Assembly (NCBI GenBank): GCA_024704765.1
Contig: JAKMXF010000199.1
Coordinates: 434,001 to 498,000 of the forward strand
Length of the DNA stretch: 64,000 bases
Direction of reading: 5' to 3'
DNA from: Oopsacas minuta
Lineage: Eukaryota; Animalia; Porifera
The notes below the pieces were generated by a model. That model was given only the letters and a program-made list of their open reading frames with translations. It was not told the DNA's origin and ran no database searches. A program made the position numbers and the translations under genes. This document shows positions 14,667-26,420 of this stretch, piece after piece. The stretch's first letter is position 1, and the number at the start of each line of letters is the position of its first letter.

Positions 14667-16034
14667 CAGTATGTCCAATAATTATTGCAACACATCATTA
14701 TTTCTATTTCAACCACTGCTAAAGTTCTAGTTGATAAGTAGTAGTTACTGTACTAATATAGAAAGTTAATTGGCATCTATTTGAAGATAAATCTGAGTAA
14801 ACACAATGGGATTATATTTTTTGCTAATGAGGATGACGTCATTATTTACGATGACGTCATCATTTAGTACCTTTCATCATAAATTAGAAAATTCTCTTAC
14901 CTTTTAGCTGAATAATTTAGCATTTAGCGTTGATATAGCTCAAGAGGTGATGAGAGAAAAGATCAAAACTCTATTGATTGGCGATAAACATACACCTACT
15001 GAAATCTCACGCATTTTAGATGTTGATCGAGGGACAGTTTACAGGGTTAAAAAAAGGCTCCAAACAAATATGACCCTTAAACACAAAAGAGGCGGTGGTA
15101 GACCAAATTTACTCGACAATTCAATAAAATATACAGCTACTCAGTTCATCAAATCGGATCCAGAGACTAGTGTACGTAAACTTACAACCAGGATAACTAA
15201 AACAAAGAAACTGACTGTCAGTAAAAGTACAGTCCATCTTACTCTTCAGAAACTGAAATACTCTAAGCCATTTCCTGTCCAGATTCCATTGCTATCTGAA
15301 AAAAATCGTCTCTTCAGAATTGAATGGGCACAGAAAAACAAATTTAAACTGTGGTGTAGAGCTGTGTTTGCAGATGAAGCCTCTTTCTGGCTTAATCGTG
15401 GGAAGGTTCGAATGTGGACAAAATCTGGAAAAAAACGATCACAAAAAACTACCAAACACTCACCGAAAATACACATATGGGCTGCATTTTCGTCTTTCGG
15501 TACCTTCCCATTGTGCATATTTCGTCAGAATTTGGATGCACAATTCTTTGTTAAGATCCTTGAATGGCATCTTCTTTCGCAGGCTGAGGCTTTCCACGGA
15601 AATAGATGGTTTCTCGTTCAGGATAATGATCCAAAGCACCGTTCAAAATTAGCCCAACAATGGATCTCAGAAAAAATGCCAAATAATGTATTTCAATGGC
15701 CCAGTCAATCACCAGACCTTAATCCGATAGAAAATCTATTCGGCTGGTTGAAAAATCAAGTTGTAAAACAACATGCCAAATCACTAGCTGAGCTTGAAAA
15801 GTGTATCCAAACAATTTGGGATTCTCTCACACCCGAATTTTTGGAACCCTATTGGAAGTCTATGAAGCGTAGATGTTAGATGGTCGTAGAAAACGATGGA
15901 AATAAGATCAAATATTAATCTTTAGTGTATTCTCAACAAGTAGACATAAAATTAGATCATATACTTTCATATTTATTGTTTCTGGGTTACGCTAAGAAAT
16001 CTCCCTAGTGTTGCAATAATTATTGGACATACTG
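14667..16034 (+). mobile_element. Tc1-like DD35E element, nearly intact
   Basis: TA TSD; perfect 27-bp TIRs CAGTATGTCCAATAATTATTGCAACAC; ORF 14947-15879 with FADEASF, QDNDPKH and SPDLNPIE. Compared with the sister copy at 58132, the start codon reads ATA and a CAG>TAG stop falls about 12 codons before the end. Confidence 0.95.
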
Positions 16035-16299
16035 TAGATTAATTGCATATTAATAGTATAGATTTATCATACATAATCGAATGACAATATACCTCTCAAC
16101 ATAAGAAATACTGGTTAGTGATTTCAATGAGCCAGTGGATTTATTCTCTGAACTTAGAGATATAATGAAACATATTGTATTAATTAAGGTTAAATGAGAT
16201 ATGTTCCGCTCTTAATGAGGTTCAAAAACACTGTATAAATACTTCTAGATAAAACTTGTGATTTATATGCAGTTGACCATAAATATATTCTGATCGTTT

Positions 16300-17060
16300 C
16301 TCATTAGATATGGTATTACTGGAAATTTTCTCTATTGGAGTCCTAATTAAGATTACATATGTCAGACTTCCAACAATTTGTGACTATTGATGTTCAATCT
16401 GATTCAACTACTAATAAATGGGTTGCTCCTTAAGGATCTACACTGGGCTTATTGCTTCAACTTGTACATATCTCCAATTGAGGATATTGCACGTTCTCAT
16501 TAACTTTCTGTATTATTGTATGTTGATGATATAGAGTTATATCTAACGTGTTGAAACAGAAGAGGAAGATGATAAATTTATCCTGGAAGCTTGCTTAGCT
16601 GATTTGAGTGTCTGGTATACTGAAAATAGATTGTTTGTGAACTAAATAAGTCAAATTTTGGATATTCTACACAATTAAATATCGTAATCAATCTAACTCG
16701 TTTAGGTATTCATTGCAACCCTCGCAAAGTTCTACTGTTCTAATCCCGTTGATGTTCTTAGAAATCTTTGGAGTTAATTGGTATATTAAATAATAAAATC
16801 AAATAGCAAATACAGCTTCACTATCCTTGAATAGAATCGGAGCCTTACACAGTTATATTGACAAATCCTCAATCAAGATACTAATACATGTTTTCATCAA
16901 TAAAAAGTTAGTTTATAACAATGTATTTCTCATGGACTAACGGATAGTAGTAATGGGTTACAGAGCATTCAGAATGCAACCGCTCAAATAGTTTATGGTA
17001 GTGAAAAATATGAACATAATATAACTGGGCTGAAACATTTCTTCTAGTAAATGCTCATAT
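16300..17060 (+). pseudogene. L2/CR1-clade LINE reverse transcriptase remnant
   Basis: PQGSTLG-like segment...LYISPIEDI...LLYVDDIELYL, ACLADLSVW, RNLGV, LIHVFI and LQSIQNATAQIV follow the L2 RT consensus in order, with stops and frameshifts. Confidence 0.75.
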
Positions 17061-17899
17061 TGACTACAAAGTATGGGTTATAACAAGGATGGCGGCAGGG
17101 TTTGGCGAACCGGAGTGTCTGGGCCTAAAGCTCATTTTCGTAGAGGGGAAGCACGCTCGACATATCAATTAAAGTAAGCAACAAATTCTCCATTAAGTGG
17201 TGAAAATTCTAAGACTTGGTCCTTTCAATGAAAAATATAGGAAAATCAGAAATGTAGTCAGATTGTTAGATGATTAATAAGGTACCAACAATCAAACACA
17301 AAATTGAAGATAAACATGGCCTGATACCTAATGAAGTATCCAGCCTAAGACATATTTAAGTTGGAACAAAACAATTCTAACATCGTAAGTAAATAACTAT
17401 GTCCAGCCGAAAGAATAGGTGCAGCTATGATTATTTGTTTGTATTACAATTAATTGTATAAAATATGATGACTCAAATGATAAATCATGAAAATATAGAT
17501 CTGAAAATGCGAAATTTGAAATCTACTCGGGGAATTCAAAAATTTCCATTCTTAGTTTATAGCAGCCAAACCATACTCGATTACATGAAATGCATAGTAT
17601 ATCCTAATAGTCCTATCGATTACCAATTTAATGCTGTTGAGCAATTCACTTTAGCTATTATATATCTTGATCTATCCTAATTTAAAAAACAAGTATAGAT
17701 AGATTGATAAGGAAAATAGTAAATATCAAGTATTCATGAACCACAAATTTCTACTTTAGTGCCATATGCATTCGCTTACATTCAAATATATTCCATCCTA
17801 CATTATTCTCGACGCAGAATTAGGATGCAATAAATTCTGGGGAGATTTGAACAGCAACATGATAGTTCAAAGTCAAGGAAATTAAGTAATTCATACGAT

Positions 17900-19640
17900 G
17901 TTGTGTCTGTGAAGCACGTAGGTAGTTTCAGATACGCTCACTCCGCTGAATTGTCTCTCCACTGTAATTGTAGTAAACGTAATAAGAATAATCAGACGAC
18001 ATAGCAGCATCTTTGTTGGCATATCACGCATCATTACCGCAGATGTACGAGACATAATTCCATGTTCGATAAGTCAAAATCTCAATTAAGTCGCACATAG
18101 TAATTTCTTTCATTAGTGAGCAAATGAATGTTTTCGTCTTTGGGAAAAGTTCGATAACTGCACTAAAGTCACATTTGAGTTGTCTCATGTTAATTGCGAT
18201 TAATACACCTAAATGATTATAATTTTCACCATCTAGGGAGACGAATTGCTTATTCAAAATTACGATGATATCATGTAATATTGATTTTCCTCGCGGTTCT
18301 CCATAGATGCTAGGATCAAATCATAGACTTGGTCAAACTATCCCTGTAAGTATTTCTTAATAAAATGTACTAATTCAGCTCGGAGTAGCCTGGTTGGGAG
18401 CAATCAAGGTAGGTTTCAAAACGCATTAACTTGTTACAAAGGTTAGGGGGTAATTGGCTCCAGTAATATCATTATTCTCGCTCATTGCAAGAAGCTCTCA
18501 CAATTTGGCCATAAGAAGCGAGAAATTTTCCAAACCGAATCTGGCCTCGTGGTTCAACGAGTAGCTGAAAGTGTGTGCCCTATAACAACATATCATTCAA
18601 CAGAGGCAAAGGACAAACGAGATCTACTTCATCGAATATATGCTTCAATTCCTCCTCCTATAGAACCAATACATTCCTCTTTCGTAATGCAGAGCCTTTT
18701 AAATATCATAGCAAGCAGCAAAGCTTAACCAAGCACCAAGGCCAGTATGTTGACCTGCCATTGTGTAGCAACTATCCACCCTTGTGCCCTTAAAATATCT
18801 TTATGCAATCCTACACGGCTTAGGATTTCTTCTATGTCATGGAATAAATCTTTGGCATTTCTTCCATGAGATTTGAAAACATCCAAACTCAATTTATCAA
18901 TTTACAAAGAATTATTGACAAATCTTGATGCTGCAGATAGTTGACAATTATTATGTATATTAGTAGTCCCATCTAGCAAAAAGGCATAAAATTCATTCTT
19001 GAGAGTTCCTGGCTAACAGATAGAATTGTAATTTTGGACTTTTGGAGACGTGTATTGGTCACGAACCAGTTGCGGAGGTAAGTTAGAATGATATGTAGCA
19101 GTATGTTTCTGCGAGATAGTAAGTTTCCACGGGGTTCTGAGTCGAAGGTTTTTTCTTCTTTTTTAACAGTTGTGCTGCGGTACGCAATAGCTTGATTAGC
19201 AAGGTATTCAGCACATCGAACAACCTCCACAAAACTCTCAAAGTTTAATACCTGATTTGTTGAGGTATTGGATTGAGTCGTTCCACTTCATTTTGATATA
19301 AACATTTAGCAATCAACTGATCCAAGAATATAATAGCACCATTGTGCATCTTGTCTCTGTGTGGATTGAGATGGATATTTGCATCATCCATAATGGATTC
19401 TGTGATTCATGCTAGTATAATGTTTCCCGATCTGAGGAGTGTCTACTGATGGAGTGTAATACATATCTTTTGCAATCCTTTAATACAGATTGTGCAATGA
19501 CAATCATCTATCTCATTATCATATTCAACCAACTCAAAGTCTTTCTTCCAGGATTCTTGAAAGCGACATACAGGCATCCTCTTTTGCGTACTTAGGTTCT
19601 TTGAACTTCAGCATTGTAGCTAAGTGTACTTTGAGAAGTC
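17900..19640 (-). pseudogene. Degenerate hAT transposase (TTF-type Zn finger plus hAT dimerisation domain)
   Basis: RFQESWKKDF...CTIC (TTF finger), YLANQAIAYR...PRGN, LDGTTN, DSCYTMAG, SATR* (from TRW) and TITVERQFS in canonical hAT order. Termini not identified. Confidence 0.75.
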
Positions 19641-19939
19641 ATGGTTGATCAATCTAAATATATTTTGAGTAATAAATATGTAAATATATGTTTAAGGCAC
19701 TCAAAATAGTGGCTACAACTAGATAGTGGGTAACACTGCGAATATATTCGCATGTAATTAAATGGATAAGAAAATAAATAAATCCGAATTGCTTGTTTGT
19801 TCAATTAAATAACTATGCGGTTATAAATTAAGCACTGTGCGTTAATAATAGAATAATACTAACAACAGAATAATATACTATATCTTATGAGTCAGAGAAT
19901 AGTCGCAAATCATTGGAGCCCTTATGTATTCTCTGATTA

Positions 19940-22124
19940 CACAGTGTAACAAATTTTTGTTTATTTAGTTATTTCCCAGTTTTTAGAAGATTCTGGCGTG
20001 AGGAATTCGATTTGTCTGTGCATTTAATGAATCGTCAATAATTTTAGTGAAAACGTCGAAACTCTACTATTTTGATTTTCGCTTCATATTACCCATTATA
20101 CATTCGCATGACATTATATTCATTTCAAATATTGATTTAGTTAGATTGATTGTTGTCTACAGATTGTATTTGTTGATGGCTGCCAGAAGAATTTGCAAGC
20201 TGTCACCAGATTCGTTTTACTATGTGTGCGGATACTACTTTGGACCAAGACAAGTCAGGCATAATAAAACACCCGGTACAAAATTGTGTATTGCGTATTA
20301 TGCTTATTTTGGTATGCCAATGGGTGATAAAGACAAAATGTTGTCTCCTCACTTCTTCTGTGGATCATGTCATTTGACCTTAAAAGGATGGCTACGTGGA
20401 ACGTGAAAGTATATGTCATTTGCAATACCTCGAATTTGAAGAGAGCCAGTAAACCACCATGATGATTGCCACTTTTGTATTGTAGATATTACAAAATATA
20501 AAGGAAAAAATAGAAAAAATATTGTACCCAAACATTCCATTGTCTATTGCCCCAGTGTCGCACAATGAAGATCTGCCAATTCCGATTTCTCCTTTCTTAG
20601 AATGAACTGTTGAACCTGAGTACATATCTTCCAATGAAGAAGATTGTATCAGCTTCGACGAAGACTTATCATGAAAACCACACTTTCCTATTCAGCAAGA
20701 ACAATTACACTTGGTTAGAGAATTAGGTCTGACAAAACCTGACGCGGAGCTTTTTAGATCTCGTCTCAGATAGTGGAATTTACTTGATCCTAGTTGTCTA
20801 GATATCTATCTATAGAAACGGCATCATAACTTTGCATCTTTCTACAAATTTTCGCTTTCCAATCTTTGTGTTACTGTTCTGATGTGGATGGCCTTTTTAA
20901 CGAAATTAGTGTGGAATACAACCTTCACATTGGCGTCTCTTCATTGATAGCTCTACAAGAGGCCTAAAGGGTGCTTTGCTTCACAATGGCAATGAATTTC
21001 CCACCATTCCGTAACTCACTCAGTTCATTTAAAGGAAAATTATGACAATGGGAAACATATGATGGAGATGATCAACTATTAAACACACAAATGGGATATT
21101 TGTGGCGACTTCAAAATGCCAGGATTTCTACTTGGATTACAGGCTGGCTGTACAAAACATGCTTGCTTCCTTTGTTTGTGGAATGGTAGGGCAGATGACC
21201 AACACTATGGTAAAAATGATTGGCCCGTCAGAGAGGAGTTATTTCCAGGAATACACAACGTTATTCACAATGCTCTTGTTAAACCAGAGAAGGTTTTGTT
21301 GCCACCACTTCACATAAAGTTAGGGCTTGTGAAGCAATTCATCAAATCTCTGAATCCCGATAGTGATGCCTTCAAACATATACGTTCAATGTTTCCAAAA
21401 GTGTCTGAGGGGAAAGCAAGCAATGGAATCTTCGTTGGACCTCCAATTAGGCGGATGCTAGTGTGTAGCGAGGTAGAAACCAAAGTGAAAGTTGTTGAAA
21501 AGAGAGCTTGGCAAGCATTTAGGCTTGTAGTTAGTGGATTTTGGGAAATAGAAAGTCATAAAACTATGAAGAACTCGTTGATAACTTAATTGGGCAAGTT
21601 TTCAACATCAAGAATGTAGAATGTCACTCAAACTACATTATTTACACTCACACTTGGGCTTTTTAGTCTAAATTTGGGAGATGTGAGCGAAGAACAAGGT
21701 GAACCTTTCCACCAAGTTATGTTAGTAGTGAAGAATACGTATCAGGGAAAGTGGGACGAACGTATGGGAGACTACTTGTGGTGTTTGATATGCGATGCTC
21801 CGAGTATACACAAAAGAAAAGGGTAAAAACAACATTTTAACTTAACGTCACTTTTACGTTATAAAGTATACTATTGATTATAATACTGTAAATGTCTAAT
21901 TTTTAAGGAATGCATTCGTATTTAGAAGATTCCCTAGCATTTGTTTGGGGGATGAAATATGATATAATATGTATTTTGTATTTATTGGAGAAGTTTCGAT
22001 TCTGATCTAACCATGGATGGATATTCACAAATATTGCTACTTGTGATATCCATGCGTCTTAAAGTAGTGGGGGAAAAACTCAAATTTAGATAACAAATCT
22101 TTCATAAAACTTTGTTGCATTGTG
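19940..22124 (+). mobile_element. Chapaev3 (CMC superfamily) DNA transposon, transposase degenerate
   Basis: TTA TSD on both sides; TIRs CACAGTGTAACAAA / CACAATGCAACAAA; fragments ICKLSPDSFYYVCG, REPVNHHDDCHFC, WDICGDFKM..FLLGLQAGCTKHACFLCLW and LLPPLHIKLGLVKQF. Confidence 0.92.
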
Positions 22125-22159
22125 TTAGGTTTGACCAGGTCAGGTAAAATTAGGCTCTC

Positions 22160-22720
22160 ACTGCCCTGAACTTAAGTAAGGAGGGTAGAGAGGATGATCA
22201 AGCGTTTGTATACTCAATTCATCGATGCATGCAGAGACATGTTTAGTTTTATAGCTACTTGCATGAAGTTTATTCTACGAGAGCCAGTTCAGGTTAAAAT
22301 TCAGTGTAGTGTTTGCGCATTTCAGCGAGCACCTGAGTGCAGTAGAAATTTCTTGGAATGTTCTGTCCCTTTGGAACATAAAATCGAGACACTGGGGGAG
22401 GGCTTCGAAGGTAATTGCTTGCATTACCTCCTTGGTACGGAAGTTGGGACGGGCCCTTTGGCTGTGCTTGGTCTAGATGAAGCCAATTCTTAGTTCTTTC
22501 TTTTGATTTGGGTTGGGAAAGTATATATAGATTTCGTATATGGTTACAACTTCAAACTGTTGAAGGATCATTTAGAAGATACAATCCTGTGTTTCTTCTG
22601 TGCCCAGGTATACGGGAACAACGAGCGGAAACATTTCTAAATCCAAAATCATAGAAATCTCTCCAATTGAGCAACAAGGATCATTTCGAGGAACTCGTTC
22701 AGCAACGCAATTAAATGATC
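22160..22720 (-). pseudogene. Probable degenerate mariner transposase fragment
   Basis: Minus-strand frames FYVPKGQNIPRNFYCTQVL (cf. LPKGxTINxxYY) and IQTLDHPLYPPYL (cf. HPPYSPDL). No TIRs found. Confidence 0.45.
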
Positions 22721-23071
22721 ATACATAGCAGATTTAGGTAAACAAGTCTGAAGCTCATATTATGTGCAGTCTTTCTGCGAAATAATCAAGAGCTTGTTTT
22801 CTACAAACTTGCACAAGGAAATTGTGGATGTTTCTATTATAATATTTGAGAACGTTTGATGAACAGATATCCCTTGATATTCGAGGGGGTAATGTTCCTG
22901 AAATTTCCGTGAATGACAAATTCGCAAACGGCGAGAATAATACAAATAGTTGGGTCAATACCTAGCTTTCTAGAAAACACAAACAGTGCTGCTATAACAA
23001 TCAAATTCAATAATAGATAATAGTTATGAGTAAAATAACAGGTAATATTCACATATTGAGTGAAAAATCGA

Positions 23072-23072
<1 letters not shown>

Positions 23073-23111
<39 letters not shown>
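23073..23111. repeat. (AAT)13 microsatellite
   Basis: Uninterrupted AAT run. Confidence 0.95.
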
Positions 23112-23112
<1 letters not shown>

Positions 23113-24405
23113 GGTCCTGGGCCAAAGAATGAAAAATCCTATTTGTTGGAAAATATTTTCATACTCTTAACAATTATAAAACTCCAATATTTGTGGTTGT
23201 GAGTTTCATAATATTAATAATGCTAATGATGCAGTACAAACAAAATACACATGATGGTAACAGAAAAAAGGAAATATTACGAAAAATTGTAAATTGCCTA
23301 TCAAATTGCTGAAGTGTGTGGGCAACAACGAATAGTCTAGGGAATGAGTCGCGAACAACAAAGTAAAACAAAATAACCCGTGAAAAGTAGAAACGACGAG
23401 GGCTGTCTGTACATAGCTCTTGTTGAATTATTGAAAATGTTGAATTAAATATCATATGTAACAAAACAGACAAGTGAAATATATGATAATTTCAAAATTA
23501 TACCAAGCCAAAAAATAGAGTGATCAGTATTCACGAAATTACCCAAGAAGAAGAAATATTCATGAGCATCGGTAGGACGCAATACATAACCAAGATTAAT
23601 ACTTCTATGAAATCCAAAAAGAAATATATAATAACAATTATGGAGAGATCCAGCTCCAAACCAAGGAATTCTTTAGTGAGACATAAACATGTCGCTAGTA
23701 ATTATATAAACAAAATAAATAGTTTAATATTGGTTTAGCGCAGTTTTGCATGTTACTCACAAAATATTGTACTTCACTGGCAAAAACGGCAACCATTCTT
23801 TGTGTGTATAGGTAGCCGGTGAAACATAAAACTAATGGATGACACTGAAGGACTTCAGCAGAAAGAATAAAATGACATGAAGGAAAACAAAGTGCATGAT
23901 ACACAGGTATTATTATATACAGGGTTAGGCATAAGTTCTGCAACAAAATTTTAATTTCGCTAGAGCATAGCCTAGTAAATATAAGGCCTAACAGTAACTT
24001 CATTTTTTTGTACCAGGGATAAGTTATTAGCTGATTACATTAATGAATGGAATATGCTTACTAAATATGAATATATGCTTTAACTCAGTCACATCTTGAT
24101 TGCCTACGTGGTGATGGTAACTATTCCTGAGCAATTTCTACATTCACAGTAGAGCTCTGAAAATAGAATTTACTCAGAGATGGTTTCTAGTCAACTGTTG
24201 TTAAAGTCGGTTAGTGGGTAGAAAAAAGTGTATTTGGCTAACCAAGGTGTACTTTATGTCAATTTACTTAACTGAAAACTTGATATTATTCCTAATTAAG
24301 TACTAACATCATACTGAATACAAAGGTTGTATTCTTCATATCAACTCAAAAGGAATAGTTATGCTAATTGCTTACTCGTATCTCAAACTTTTAGCATATT
24401 ATAAC

Positions 24406-24649
24406 CAGGGTTGGATTCGGTTAACCGGCCCTTTATTGGTAGGAGAAAATACCTTGGTTGCGCGAATAGTATCATTTCCATCAAAACGATAGTATTACAA
24501 TTGAATATCGCCATATACAATAACTGGAATATAAATATAAATTCATTAAGAAAATCTCATGAATTTTACACAGTCGCTTAAGCAGTTAAATGCTGAAATA
24601 GAAAGGGTATTATCCACCCTCTCAATTTTGTTAACCAATCGCAGCCCTG
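24406..24649. mobile_element. Short hAT-type MITE
   Basis: Ends CAGGGTTGGATTCGGTTAAC and GTTAACCAATCGCAGCCCTG; TTATAAC repeated directly on both flanks. Related single ends at ~13205-13236 and ~24780-24839. Confidence 0.7.
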
Positions 24650-26169
24650 TTATAACATAACATTTTTTTGTGTCACTAGTAGCTTCTTTTTATAGTAAAT
24701 CAACAAATAAAGGTGTATAATTTATTAATATCAAAATATGGGTTGATTCACAAATGATTTCAACGTGGGTCAACAAGTTAACCGGCGGACATAACGAAAT
24801 TTAACGGTACAATAAAATCGGTTAAGGAATTTCAGCCCTGTTCAGACTTAGCTTGAATAATGGTGTGTGGGGTTCACAATGAAAATCGCTTGTAGAAATA
24901 GGGGCAAATTATTTCGGCATTCTAATGTGAAAATCAAAAAAGTAAACCAATAGTTGAAAGTGAAGTTATTAAAGGGTAGAAAGAAGCAAATCAATACAAG
25001 GAGATGGAGTATTCAAAAGAAACGAAGAGCAATACACTTATACGATTAACCGATACTACAGGGAATATGTGTGATTCTCGGGCTTCTCCTGACAGCTTAG
25101 TAAATGAAGTTAACTTAAGTATGAAATAACCAAATTTCATGGAGCTCTTGTTTCGCTATGCGAAAGGGGTGTGCTCGCATCTCGTCCTCCGAGTGTATAA
25201 AATTCAAGATTATATGATCCATGGTCTATCAAAATTATGTTTATTGGCTTTCTATGTTACTACCACTGGAGCTACAATTTGACTTTTAGCATTGATACAG
25301 GAAGTTCGTGAATCAAGCATAAACAAGTATCAAAATGTTCAACATTCTGAAATTTCTGATTGTTTTGCAAAAGAGATATGACGTAATACTCTGATAACAA
25401 TTTGCATTTGTTCAAAGTCATGATGTTCAGTAGTGTTTTGCAAATATCCAAAAAGGTGACAAGTTAGGTCAAAATTTCGTCATCGGAGTGATTTCGTGCA
25501 AGACTCGAAATGTCCACCCCGGCTCAAAATACCACTGCAAGCCAAAATTCACCCCTGGAGGTCATCCACATTCTTCAATCACTTCTGAACTTACAAACAC
25601 ATAAATAAACAAGGACATTAGGATCTTTCGATGAAAGATCGTACAATCAGGATTAAATTATTTTGAGGATCAGAAGAGGATCGTTGTTCCAATAGAAAAT
25701 GCAGGATCGTGATCGGGATCGGTTCGAGAATTTTCTGAAAAGATCCACTTCCTTCCAAATATATACAGGGAAAAATAAAGCTATAGTCATAATGAATACA
25801 AAAGGGCAGAACTTATTATTAACTCGAAACTCTCATTTCAATATATCTATACTATGAAAACGCAATGAATCTGTGTGTATGTATATGTATATATATATTT
25901 GTATGTCCAGATATGATTGAAGAAACTGGAGGACAAACAAAGCTAATTTTTGGCATAAAGGGGTATTTTGGCCAGACTCAGAAAAGTTCGAGCCATTATT
26001 CACATATATTCAAGAATTGCTTGTACCCGAGGCACGAAGTGCAATAATAACGCATAGTCGAAACCTGTTATTCTTACTTATCAGTTATTATAACATTCAG
26101 AAGGTATATAATGTGGGATTTGCACATATTCTCATCTTTTATTCTTACTAATTTGTCAGAAAATAACTA

Positions 26170-26420
26170 ATGGGAAATGCCAGTTTCGGAAGTATGTAGA
26201 ATCAAAGTTGGCAAAAAATATTTGGGTATAGAAGTGCGTATCAAGCGGGACGCTGAATCAGGTCGAAAGTATTATAGCTGTTGTCTTTTGTTAGAATGGT
26301 TATAAAAGATCTTGGTGTTAGTTGGAATGATTTGGAACAATTCGTTTTGGTACAATTATCTCAGAAAATTCAGACAGTTGGAATTGTTAGATAAGATTCT
26401 GCTCGATCATTTATATCTCT
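26170..26420 (+). pseudogene. Possible LINE RT C-terminal fragment
   Basis: KCQF and IKDLGVS motifs in broken frames. Confidence 0.3.

Noticed and set aside
22194-22493. 99-aa plus-strand ORF with Cys residues
   Set aside because: It is antisense to a probable mariner remnant and shows no domain pattern of its own.
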